A DNA stretch of 64,000 nucleotides from Dehalococcoidia bacterium. Its GTDB lineage: Bacteria; Chloroflexota; Dehalococcoidia; Lucifugimonadales; UBA3495. The stretch covers positions 32,001 to 96,000 of the forward strand of contig JASLXV010000008.1 in the NCBI GenBank assembly GCA_030740155.1. Direction: 5' to 3'. The notes under the pieces are model-generated. The model was not told the origin of the DNA. It was given only the letters and a program-made list of their open reading frames with translations, and made no database searches. Positions 39,784-48,819 of this stretch are shown here, in pieces. The position numbers and the translations under genes are program-made. How positions within the stretch are numbered: position 1 is the first letter of the stretch; each line of letters starts with the position of its first letter.

Positions 39784-39965
39784 GGTAGATGTCCAAATGC
39801 CGCCAGATAGGCGGCGGATTCCCGTAACGTCACGGAGTCTAGCATACCAGGTAGGGAGCGGCAAGGAAAACCAGCCGCCTTCTGGCCCCGGCGCCGGCAT
39901 TCAGGCCGTGCCGCGCAACCGCGAAACACCTCTTCCGGACCGGCGGACCCGGTGTGGAGCGAGGG

Positions 39966-40679
39966 TCAGCCATCCATCCACTTGAAGTGCTTGGAGATCA
40001 GCCGGTGAAACCCCCAACCGAAGTTGCTGACGTGGGGCAATCCCGTGGTCCGCCACCGTTCAAGCTCCGCCCGAGCTTCCGGATGCTGCTGGTCACCGCG
40101 CCGGAGGGAGGGAAGGGCCTCCTCGCTTTCACACTCGTACAGGGCCAGGTATTTGGGCCCGGTGTTGAACCGGGATAGGGCCGGATGGTCCAGGGCCCGG
40201 AACCGGCCCGCCATGACGTACCCCTGCACCTTTAGCAAGTTGGGCACGTGGGACTCGGTGTACCAGCGGTCCCACTCGGCTTCACGGGCCGGGTCCACGT
40301 CGGCGGTAACGATGCTCAACGGCCGGTCGGAGAGAAGGAGAGGTCCCCGGAGGGGGGTCCCGCTGATCTGCTCGTACACGTTGCTGATCCGGCGCGACAC
40401 TCCCTGGAGGTCTTGCCAGGCGGCGAACTCTTTCGCGGCGATGGGATCCTGGCGCGGGCCATCCCACCCAACCAGCGCCGCCAGGTCTTCCTGGCGGCGC
40501 ACCCCGTAGAGCGCGGTGAACCGGTTTTCTTCATCCAACCCCAGGTACCGCTGAGCCCATAGGTAGCCGGGGATGCGCAGCAGGTTGGGAAGGTGGCTGT
40601 TGTACCACAGGTTGAAGGCCTCCAGGTGCTCTGGGGTGCAAGTCACCTGCACCATCATGAGCAACGGTCTATTCTGCAT
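39966..40679 (-). CDS. Tandem DUF4286/EthD-like dimeric alpha-beta barrel protein
   Basis: Two repeats, FNLWYNSHLPNLLRIPGY and WDRWYTESHVPNLLKVQGY, each followed by F/Y-x-ALY. Confidence 0.7.
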   Translation of the reverse strand: MQNRPLLMMVQVTCTPEHLEAFNLWYNSHLPNLLRIPGYLWAQRYLGLDEENRFTALYGVRRQEDLAALVGWDGPRQDPIAAKEFAAWQDLQGVSRRISNVYEQISGTPLRGPLLLSDRPLSIVTADVDPAREAEWDRWYTESHVPNLLKVQGYVMAGRFRALDHPALSRFNTGPKYLALYECESEEALPSLRRGDQQHPEARAELERWRTTGLPHVSNFGWGFHRLISKHFKWMDG

Positions 40680-41238
40680 CTTCCGCCGCCGCTTCCAGCA
40701 TGCCTCCGGAGTATGCTGGGTTCTCGTTCCCCCGCTGCAGGCCCCGGAGGTAGGCTATCTGCCCGCCGTGCTGGTTGAACTCCCAGATAAGCTGCTGGAA
40801 CATGGTCTCCAGGGTGATCCGGCCGCCCCTGGGGTTGGGAACCGTCACATTTTCCAGTGAATAGTCATCCAGACCATCCAGTAACTCCATTGCTTTGTTC
40901 CGGGCTATCTCGGCATAGGCGATGAGAAGCGACGCCGGAGGTGTCTCGAACCCCTCCATTTGTTCGTCCGTGAAAGCGAAGCCCGTGTCGTTGGGGTCCG
41001 CGGGAAGCCGGTCGAATCGGCTGGCCCAGCCTTGCCCCCACAATTGGAGGGCCTCCAGAGCCCTGGTGTGGACCCAACGGTCCAACACCCGGGCGTAATG
41101 CCAAACCAGAAACCCGATGGACATTGACTGGGGACTCGGGCGCCACTCGAGTTCTTCCTGAGTGAGGCCGTCCACCGATCGGATCATGGACTCGTAGTTC
41201 TGGTCCAGGCACCGCTGTACGAACTTCTTCAGGTCCAT
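40669..41238 (-). CDS. DinB/DUF664-family protein
   Basis: GLTQEELEWRP, SIGFLVWH and E-xxQHGGQIAYLRG. Confidence 0.88.
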   Translation of the reverse strand: MDLKKFVQRCLDQNYESMIRSVDGLTQEELEWRPSPQSMSIGFLVWHYARVLDRWVHTRALEALQLWGQGWASRFDRLPADPNDTGFAFTDEQMEGFETPPASLLIAYAEIARNKAMELLDGLDDYSLENVTVPNPRGGRITLETMFQQLIWEFNQHGGQIAYLRGLQRGNENPAYSGGMLEAAAEDAE

Positions 41239-41472
41239 ATCCTACTCCCGCTGGATTGCTCGCCGGTATCTCTTTGCAGGACGCACCGGCGCCAACTTGG
41301 TCAAGGTAGCTACGCGCGGGGTGATCCGAGGCGATCTCCCGCGCCGCCATCTCCGAAAAACCTCGAAAAAGTAAGCTCTGGAGAACAGGCCGCGGGGCGC
41401 AATGCTAGGTAGGTGGCGAGCCCGAGGGTGAACCGCTGCCCAGGACCGGCGGGCAGCCCAAAGGAAGCGAGG

Positions 41473-42381
41473 CTACTGCTCGTCGCCGGACTCGAATCCG
41501 TCTCCCAGTTCGCTGAGGAACCTTTCGATTTCAGGAGAAAGCTTCGCTGTGGGTTCCGGCTGTTCGGAGCCCGACTCCTCGGAGTCCATCTGAGCGTCGT
41601 AATACGCTTCCATCTGCTGGATCAGCTCTTTGAGTTCCGAATTTCGCTCCACGGTGGCGCTCAACTCCCGGTACTGGCGCTGCCCGCGCCGCATCGGGGC
41701 CAGGTCCTGCGGTATGGTCTCGTATACCGAGGACAGGACCTCGATCATCCGCGAGGTGCCGGCGTAGTCTTCCTCGAGTTGGACGTACTGGGGAAGGTGC
41801 ACCATGAAGTTGATGGATTCGATTTCGGACCGCTCGATCCCTTCCGAGAGCAGGTTCATGATCGTCGTCGGCCCCCGGTAAGTGCTGCCGCGTGCCTTGA
41901 AGTGAGGCACCTGCCTGTTTTGCTGGACGGACCCCAGCGAGCCGGTAACCAGCAGGGGCCGGGTGTGCGGCACCGCGTCGTACATGGCTCCCAGCCGGCA
42001 GTACCGCTTGACCTGGAAATGCCTTACGAGTTCCAGAAGCGAGTCGGTATAGTCTTCGCCATTGGAATGGGGTTCCAGCAAATGGAAGAACAGGTAATCA
42101 GGCCCGTTTTCCGTTTGAGCATAGCGGATGATGCTGTTGGGAATCTTGACTTCCCGCCGTCCTTCCGTCATGTGGATGGTGGGACGGTAGCGGGTGAAAT
42201 CGAAGAAAACGCCCGGCCGCGCAAGTTTGCCGAGTTCCTTGGAACCCAGAAAACGCTCCAACCGGTTCAGTGTCAATGTGCCGACACTCCCCACGTCTAC
42301 CCACGGGCGCACCATGGCGAAAACGTGAGGCTCGCGCAACTCAGGGACCGGTTCGTGAATGTCGAAGGCCCCAATCCTCAT
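41473..42381 (-). CDS. PAC2 (proteasome assembly chaperone) family protein
   Basis: PWVDVGSVG, FFDFTRYRP, EPH, GAMYDAVPHTRP, YRGPT and VHLPQY; acidic C-terminus. Confidence 0.88.
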   Translation of the reverse strand: MRIGAFDIHEPVPELREPHVFAMVRPWVDVGSVGTLTLNRLERFLGSKELGKLARPGVFFDFTRYRPTIHMTEGRREVKIPNSIIRYAQTENGPDYLFFHLLEPHSNGEDYTDSLLELVRHFQVKRYCRLGAMYDAVPHTRPLLVTGSLGSVQQNRQVPHFKARGSTYRGPTTIMNLLSEGIERSEIESINFMVHLPQYVQLEEDYAGTSRMIEVLSSVYETIPQDLAPMRRGQRQYRELSATVERNSELKELIQQMEAYYDAQMDSEESGSEQPEPTAKLSPEIERFLSELGDGFESGDEQ

Positions 42382-42516
42382 AAAAACATACTGCCAGAAA
42401 AGCGCTGTTTTATCAACCCCGGCGTAGCTGAAACCACCCGCCGGGGCCATCCTCCACGCACGCGCCGGGAAGGCTGGGGCGGCAGGGCTGGGTCGATGGC
42501 CGGCGGCCTGCCGGCA

Positions 42517-43275
42517 TCATCCCATTCCCAACAAACTGTCCGCGGAAGCCATTCCCTCCAGCGCCAGCCCGTATCCCAAAATGTCCTGCATCTGGCGTTT
42601 GATGTTCTGGGTCATCATCACCCGGGTGTAACGCCGCACCAGATCAGTCTGCTGAGCCAGCTGCTCCGCCAGGGCCCAGGCCCGGGGCAGTAGCTCTTGC
42701 CGGGGCAGCACTTCACTGACCAGCCCAAGCTCCAGGGCTTGGGAAGCGCCGATGGTCTGACCGGTCAGAAGGAAGTACCGGCCCCGGTTTAGGCCCATCA
42801 GCAGCGGGTACACCACGTGCATCCCGTCTCCGGGTACCAGTCCGTTGATGAAATGCGCGGAGTCTTGGAAGGTAACGTCCTCCGATGCGAGGACGATATC
42901 GCAAAGCAAGGGCAGTTCGGAGTGGCGCAGGGCCGGACCGTTGATGGCGCTGATCATCGGGACGTCGATGTCCAGAAGGTTCATCAACAAGTGCTGGCCG
43001 TCCCGGTAGATTTCGTCCCAGTCCCCCGGCAGCCTCCTCGGGGTGTCCTCCAGGGTCGCGACGGGGCCGGAGAAAGCGTCACCAGCTCCGGTCATGATGA
43101 CCACCCGGTTTTCCGGGTCGCTGGCGATGTCGTGGAAGGCCTCGGGCATCTCATGATGCGGCACCATGCTCCACTGCAATGTGCCGCCGCCGGTGTGGAG
43201 CGTAATCTGGAGGATCCCGTCACGCCGCTCCATCCGCACGGTTTGGTATTCTTGGGAACACTCTTCTAATTTCAT
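42517..43275 (-). CDS. Enoyl-CoA hydratase/isomerase (6-oxocamphor hydrolase-like) family protein
   Basis: VVIMTGAGDAF, PMISAINGPALRHSE, GLVPGDG and ALELGLVSEV. Confidence 0.88.
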   Translation of the reverse strand: MKLEECSQEYQTVRMERRDGILQITLHTGGGTLQWSMVPHHEMPEAFHDIASDPENRVVIMTGAGDAFSGPVATLEDTPRRLPGDWDEIYRDGQHLLMNLLDIDVPMISAINGPALRHSELPLLCDIVLASEDVTFQDSAHFINGLVPGDGMHVVYPLLMGLNRGRYFLLTGQTIGASQALELGLVSEVLPRQELLPRAWALAEQLAQQTDLVRRYTRVMMTQNIKRQMQDILGYGLALEGMASADSLLGMG

Positions 43276-43357
43276 GGCGGCGCACCTCTTTCGGAGTGTT
43301 GGAAGAGTGTTGGCGGCCAGGCGGGCAGCGCCGGTTCCAGGGCTGCACCCCGAGGCA

Positions 43358-44368
43358 CTACCCCAGGTGGGGAATGACTTCCCGGCCAAAAAGACGGATG
43401 GCTTTCATTATCGCCTCGTGGGGCGGCCCCCCCGAGTGGGCGTGGCGGAGTCGAAGGAGGCAATAGTCGGCGCCGGTGGCCTCGCTCCATCGGTGAAACT
43501 CTTTGACGCATTCCTCCGGATTGCCGAGGATCAGGCGGTCACGGGCCACCTTCTCCAGGGTCAACTCTGCTTCCGACTTTATTCGGGTGAATTCGGGAAG
43601 CCCGTTGCGCCAGTAGTATTTATATGCGGTCATGACCTCAGGCCCGTAGACCCGCTCGGCTTCGGCCCGAGAGGAGGCAACCCAGGCGTCCCGCATCAGC
43701 ACTACCCGGGGTTCGCGGCCGGCGGCGACCGCCGCGGCCCGGTAGACTTCGACTACCTCCACGGTGCTCTTCAGGTCCGTGCTGGGCGTGGTCACGTAGG
43801 CGTCGGCAAGCCGGCCCGCCCGGCGTGCTCCCGGACGGGTGCCGGCCCCGATCCATAAGGGAGGCGCCGGATCCTGAAAAGGTGCGGGTTGCACCCGGAG
43901 CCCGTCGAAGTCGTAATACTTGCCGTGGAATGAGAATGGCTCGTTGCTCCAGCACTTGCGAATGATCTCAATTCCCTCTTCAAAGCGGCCAACCCGCTGC
44001 TCAATCGGAACGCCGAAGGCCTGGAAGTCGGCCGATTGATAGCCGAGGCCGACGCCCAGATTAACCCGGCCCTTGGATACGATGTCCAGAGTGATCACAT
44101 CCTCAGCCACCCGCACTGGATGATGGAGGGGCAGCAGGACGACCGACGTGCCCACTCGAAGCCGCCTGGTCTGGGAAGCCACGGCGGCCGCCACGATCAA
44201 GGGTGATGGGAGGAAGCCGTCTTTATCCTGGTGATGTTCCCCGAAGAAGCAGGCGTCGAAACCGGATTCCTCGGCGAGCTGGGCCTCCGCAACAACCTCA
44301 TCCACGCAGCGGGCGAGGTTTTCACCTCTAGGAGGACTGGCTATGGAGCTGTAGATACCAAGTTTCAT
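43358..44368 (-). CDS. LLM-class flavin-dependent oxidoreductase
   Basis: AEESGFD-xxFGEHH, LLPLHHPVRVAED and GRVNLGVGLGY. Confidence 0.92.
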   Translation of the reverse strand: MKLGIYSSIASPPRGENLARCVDEVVAEAQLAEESGFDACFFGEHHQDKDGFLPSPLIVAAAVASQTRRLRVGTSVVLLPLHHPVRVAEDVITLDIVSKGRVNLGVGLGYQSADFQAFGVPIEQRVGRFEEGIEIIRKCWSNEPFSFHGKYYDFDGLRVQPAPFQDPAPPLWIGAGTRPGARRAGRLADAYVTTPSTDLKSTVEVVEVYRAAAVAAGREPRVVLMRDAWVASSRAEAERVYGPEVMTAYKYYWRNGLPEFTRIKSEAELTLEKVARDRLILGNPEECVKEFHRWSEATGADYCLLRLRHAHSGGPPHEAIMKAIRLFGREVIPHLG

Positions 44369-44433
44369 GGTCACTCTTTTCGCACCGCGGGTGGGGCTGG
44401 TCTAGGGTCTCACAAACGGTTTGATACCCTGTG

Positions 44434-44500
44434 CGTCATCCCGGCGAAGGCCGGGATCCAGCAAAGGCTTCTCTGGATTCCGGCCTTCGCCGGAAAGACG
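44434..44500. repeat. REP-like palindromic doublet (VIPAKAGIQ-type)
   Basis: CGTCATCCCGGCGAAGGCCGGGATCCAG ... CTGGATTCCGGCCTTCGCCGGAAAGACG, near-perfect inverted arms. Confidence 0.85.
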
Positions 44501-45020
44501 CCGGTGGTGGGTATGCCGGATGATTTCGCTGGTGTAAAGCTATTTACGAGACTGACCACAGGATTCGTGGCCGGGTCCGGCTCGACCAATTCCACTCCCG
44601 GATGTTGCCCAACGAACATCGCAAAGCCCGGAGCCGGCCCAACGCCTATCGAAGTGATCCCCGAAGGATGGAATCCCGTTGCCAGGACAAGCCCTTTGGT
44701 GAAGGCAATCCGGGCATAGCCGACGGTCTCGGGACCAGCTTGTGAAATCACGTGACGGGGCGCTTCTTGGTGGCGGAAAGTGCCGGTGTACGCCGTTTAC
44801 ACTGGGCGAGTTGAGTCTATACTCGGGTTAGATGACAGTCAACCGGCGTTTGGGGATGAGGTGTGCCGTTGGCGGCAGGGGTTTCTAACCGGGTTGCGGG
44901 AGTGGGCCGCATCTTGGCCGCGGGAAGTAACAATGGGGCGGAAAAGGAAACCTGGCGCCGCCCAACGGAAGGCGACGCCAGGGAGTGATTCACTGCTGGA
45001 CGATAGCGTGAAAGTTGGCG

Positions 45021-45692
45021 CTACTCTTGGTTGGCGGTTTCCGCCTCCGGGGCGGGGGTAGGCGCCGGGGCCTGTGCTTGTGACGGTGCCGGCGCAGGTG
45101 CAGGTGCAGGTGCAGGTGCTGTCGCGAGTGCCGGTGTATTCACGGCCCGGGTCATAGCGAAGTCGGCCACTTCGCGGTACAGGGGGTCGTCCAAGTTGCA
45201 TCCCGACAGAGGGCTGAAGCCGGGGGCCAGTTCTTCGAGCAAGAGCTTGACGCGACTGTCGCCATGGCGGCCTGCCAGAGCATAGGCCAAACCCCTGGGG
45301 TCGCGGTCCAACGAGAGTTCGTGCTCCTCTCCCTCTTCAACCTCGATCTCGTAGTCCACCCGATCCGCGACCGCCAGCGCCTTCATTGCCGCCTGGCGGT
45401 GAGAGTCGATGTCTCGCAGGGCGCTGAAGAGTTCGCTTACGGCCCGGGCCGCGGTCCCTAGAAGAAGGGGTACCTTGGTCTGGTCCCTGGATGCCGCCGC
45501 CGTCGCCTGACCGGCCTGCTCCATGGCGGTTCCTCTGGTGCGGGCCCGCTGGGCCTGCCGCTGGGAACGTGCTCGTTCGGCCCGAAGCGAAGGGGCTTCA
45601 GCGGCCAGTGGCTGGAGCCTCGTCACCTCCTGCTCCGCCTGCTCGGCCATTTTCAGTCTCTCTTCGAGGGATGGGTCGAATCCGTTTAACAT
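45021..45692 (-). CDS. Hypothetical helical protein with Ala-Pro-rich tail
   Basis: 223-aa ORF with an AGGAG SD and host-like codon usage; (GCAGGT)x4 at about 45094-45117 encodes APAPAPAP. Confidence 0.7.
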   Translation of the reverse strand: MLNGFDPSLEERLKMAEQAEQEVTRLQPLAAEAPSLRAERARSQRQAQRARTRGTAMEQAGQATAAASRDQTKVPLLLGTAARAVSELFSALRDIDSHRQAAMKALAVADRVDYEIEVEEGEEHELSLDRDPRGLAYALAGRHGDSRVKLLLEELAPGFSPLSGCNLDDPLYREVADFAMTRAVNTPALATAPAPAPAPAPAPSQAQAPAPTPAPEAETANQE

Positions 45693-45858
45693 CGTCGATC
45701 TCCTGTTTCCTGGCGAGTCCGTGGCCCGCCTTGGTGTCTAGTCAGGTGCTGTCTGGCTCCGGTAATCCCCGTGATGCCCGGCGCCGCCCCTACCGGTCAT
45801 GCAGCTTCTGTATCGCCGGTGGCCTGGTTGGGCTCATCTCGAGGTTGTCCGTTGCCGG

Positions 45859-46329
45859 CTACTCGTCCAGTATCGAGTCTACCGTTGGTGTCTGCGAGTT
45901 CGAGGCCCTGTTCCGGCCGGGCGGTGAAGGAGCGTCTATGGCCTGCTGCAAGAGTAGGCGCAAACGGTCGATCTTGCGGTCCTCGGACGCTAGCGACCGG
46001 TCTTTGGCGTCGGTTTCATGCCTGAGCGCGTCCATCAACTCCCGAAGGGCACGGACCCCACCGGCGGGTAGGCTGACACCGGAGGGGGTGCTCGTCAGTG
46101 TAAAAGCCGGACCCGCGGCGGCGTCGGCCAAGGTGGATCGGGGGCCGCCGGCGCCCGCCCCCAAGGTCATGCAGGGGCCGAACTGCTCGGGTATCTCGAC
46201 CCACCAGATGATCCCTTCGGGCGTTGGCTGATAGTGGCCCAGTAGCTCGCCTCTGCGGAGGCAGCCTCTCACGGTGTCTACCGAGATACCCAAGCAGTGG
46301 GCGGCTTCACCCATGGTCACCAATTCCAT
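45859..46329 (-). CDS. Excisionase/MerR-like HTH protein with C-terminal coiled coil
   Basis: MELVTMGEAAHCLGISVDTVR-xxRRGEL, then LRELMDALRHE...IDRLRLLLQQ. Confidence 0.65.
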   Translation of the reverse strand: MELVTMGEAAHCLGISVDTVRGCLRRGELLGHYQPTPEGIIWWVEIPEQFGPCMTLGAGAGGPRSTLADAAAGPAFTLTSTPSGVSLPAGGVRALRELMDALRHETDAKDRSLASEDRKIDRLRLLLQQAIDAPSPPGRNRASNSQTPTVDSILDE

Positions 46330-46659
46330 ACAGTTTCCATACCCGGGTCCGATCACGATTTTGTGCTTACTTCGAAATATACTCGAACGCCCCAGCGAGC
46401 GCCTACGTGTTGAACAGGCGAGTTTCGAGGATTTTTGCCCTATCCGAAGCCGCCACGTCCGGCGGGCGGGCACTTCACCCCGCCACCAGCGCCGGGGATG
46501 GGGCAACGAATTGATCCCACCGGGCGAACGCCGGCGAACCTTGACCGTGGGAGTGAATTTCAATAGACTTCAAGGATTCCAACCGTTACACAAGTGTGGC
46601 CTCGCTTGTGGCTACCACGGCTCGACCGCAACGGTGCAACCCGGTGAGGTGCTTGTTTC

Positions 46660-47142
46660 ATGACGGCAGGTCCTCGTTTCGTGGTTGACATGAACGTCGG
46701 AAAGCTGGCCAAGTGGCTCCGGGTGATGGGCTACGACACCCTGTTCCCCCGGACGGGCGACGACAATGACCTGGTGCGCATCGCCCTTCGGGAAGACCGG
46801 ATCCTGGTAACCCGGGATGCCGGCTTCGGCCTGCGGCGCGCCGTCCGGAACGGTCAGATGCTGGTGGTACAGGTGGAGGCGGACGACCTGCGGAGCCAGC
46901 TATGCCAGTTGGTCCGGGACTTGAAACTGAACCCGGGCGCGCGATTCTCTCGCTGCGTCCTCTGCAACGAACCGCTGCACCCGCTGAACAAGCAGGATGC
47001 GGCCGGCCGGGTACCCTCCTATGTCTTCCGAAACCACTGTAAGTTCATGGAGTGCCCCGGCTGCCGCCGCCTCTTCTGGCGGGGTACTCATTGGTCAAAC
47101 ATGATATCGGAGCTGGACCAGTTGTACCGGGAGGCTCGCTGA
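46660..47142 (+). CDS. Mut7-C RNase domain protein (PIN-like with Zn ribbon)
   Basis: FVVDMNVGKLAKWLRVMGYDT, RILVTRD, SRCVLCN and CPGCRRLFWRGTHW. Confidence 0.92.
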   Translation: MTAGPRFVVDMNVGKLAKWLRVMGYDTLFPRTGDDNDLVRIALREDRILVTRDAGFGLRRAVRNGQMLVVQVEADDLRSQLCQLVRDLKLNPGARFSRCVLCNEPLHPLNKQDAAGRVPSYVFRNHCKFMECPGCRRLFWRGTHWSNMISELDQLYREAR

Positions 47143-48269
47143 TGCGTCGCGCCGCTTTCGTCTACGAGGATGCCTTGTCGCGTCACGAGTTGCGCCAGGA
47201 CCACCCCATGAAGCCGGAGCGCCTTCGGTACACCTACGAGCTGCTTCGAGCTTATGGCGCCTTCGATGGAGGCAGCTCCCGGCTGGTCCCGCCCCGTCCG
47301 GCCACGGAGGAGGAGTTGCGGCGGCTGCACAGCTCCGAGTACGTCTCGGCAGTGCGGGGTCTGAGCCTGGGCCTCGCCGACTGCGACCCGAGCCGGTTCA
47401 ATTTCCACCACGGCGGGGACAACCCGATCTATCCGGGGATGTATGATGCTGCGGCCTTGAGCACTGGGGCCTCCCTCTTGGCGGCGGAAATGGTGGCCAG
47501 CCGGGAAGTGGACGTGGCCTTCAACATCTCCGGAGGCCTGCATCACGCCGCATTGGGCCATGCCTCAGGATTCTGCGTCTTCAACGACCCGGCCCTGGCC
47601 ATCAAGTACCTACGGGAACGCGGGTTGCGGGTGGCCTACGTTGACATCGACGCCCATCACGGGGACGGGGTGCAGCATGCTTTTTTCGACGACGCCCAGG
47701 TGCTGACGATCTCAATTCATGAGTCCGGGCAATTCCTCTTTCCGGGCACCGGGTTTGTCCTGGAATCGGGTGCGGGCTCCGGTAAGGGCTATTCGGTCAA
47801 CCTACCTCTGTATCCTTACACCGATGACGAGATCTACGTCGAAAGCTTCCTGGAAGTGGTCCCTCCGCTGTTGCGAGCCTTCGCGCCGGACGTGCTAGTC
47901 ACCCAATTGGGCATCGACAGCTACCACCTCGACCCTCTGACTCACCTTCAGGTGACGACCCGGGGGTACCTGGACGCAGTGAAAGAGCTTTCCCGCTTGG
48001 GAGTGCCGTGGCTGGCGCTTGGGGGTGGCGGCTACGACCTGGGCGCCGTGGCTCGATCCTGGACCCTGGCCTATGGGGTAATGCTGGATGTGGAGTGGCC
48101 CGACCGGGTACCCGAGGCCTTCGCCCGGGAGCACGGGATCAGTCAACTCCGCGACGGGGCGGCCCCGGACATCCCGAAACAGGTCCGCCTGGATGCCCGC
48201 CGGTTCGCCGAGGAAAGCGTCGCCGCCGTCAAGGAAGAAGTCTTCCCGCACCACGGTCTGACGGGCTAG
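47142..48269 (+). CDS. acuC: AcuC / histone deacetylase-family protein deacetylase
   Basis: HPMKPERL, GGLHHA, SGFCVFND, YVDIDAHHGDGVQ and GGGGY; TGATG coupling with the upstream gene. Confidence 0.92.
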   Translation: MRRAAFVYEDALSRHELRQDHPMKPERLRYTYELLRAYGAFDGGSSRLVPPRPATEEELRRLHSSEYVSAVRGLSLGLADCDPSRFNFHHGGDNPIYPGMYDAAALSTGASLLAAEMVASREVDVAFNISGGLHHAALGHASGFCVFNDPALAIKYLRERGLRVAYVDIDAHHGDGVQHAFFDDAQVLTISIHESGQFLFPGTGFVLESGAGSGKGYSVNLPLYPYTDDEIYVESFLEVVPPLLRAFAPDVLVTQLGIDSYHLDPLTHLQVTTRGYLDAVKELSRLGVPWLALGGGGYDLGAVARSWTLAYGVMLDVEWPDRVPEAFAREHGISQLRDGAAPDIPKQVRLDARRFAEESVAAVKEEVFPHHGLTG

Positions 48270-48414
48270 ATCGTCGCGGATGCCAATCGGGAACGCAACT
48301 GCGCCCGCTCATGCGAGGCTGCCGGAGCCACGAGCGGGCGCAAATTTGAAACCAGCCGCCGTATTGACCCAGAGGGGCACGGCGTATGGGAACGGCCGCG
48401 GGGGCCGGGCTACG

Positions 48415-48699
48415 CTAGTTTACCTGGTGCTCCCGGCGCAGCAACTCTTTGGCTGCATCGCCGATGTTGGATTCGATGCAATCACGCAGCGTGGAGTAGA
48501 TCGCTTTGTTGATGGCCGCCATCAGAGAAGCCTCAAAGTTTGCATCTATCTGATAGCTGTTCTTCACGGCTATCAATCGCTGGAGCAGACTGAGGTAGTG
48601 ATACTGGAGAGGGGTCAGCAACTGGTCGATTCCTTCAACCATCGATTCGTCCTTCTTCCCCACCAGCCCTTGGTCTGCCTGTTCTTGCGGTAAGCTCAT
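48415..48699 (-). CDS. Hypothetical protein (94 aa) downstream of dnaK
   Basis: GGAGAGGA SD before ATG; amphipathic helical sequence; no recognised motif. Confidence 0.65.
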   Translation of the reverse strand: MSLPQEQADQGLVGKKDESMVEGIDQLLTPLQYHYLSLLQRLIAVKNSYQIDANFEASLMAAINKAIYSTLRDCIESNIGDAAKELLRREHQVN

Positions 48700-48819
48700 T
48701 TCCTCTCCAACAGCTTAGCCCCCGGTGTATCGAAAGTTCACTTTCAACGAAGATGCTGGCTACGTTGGCCCATTATAGCAGACGAACCGCGAGGACCGAA
48801 ACTGGAACAGTCCCCGTGT

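Noticed and set aside
39784..39965. T-box leader upstream of trpS
   Set aside because: No T-box consensus (AAxxxGGGUGGxACC) or specifier stem is visible.
45094..45117. (GCAGGT)x4 tandem repeat as a contingency locus
   Set aside because: In-frame hexamer encoding an Ala-Pro linker; length changes would not switch expression.
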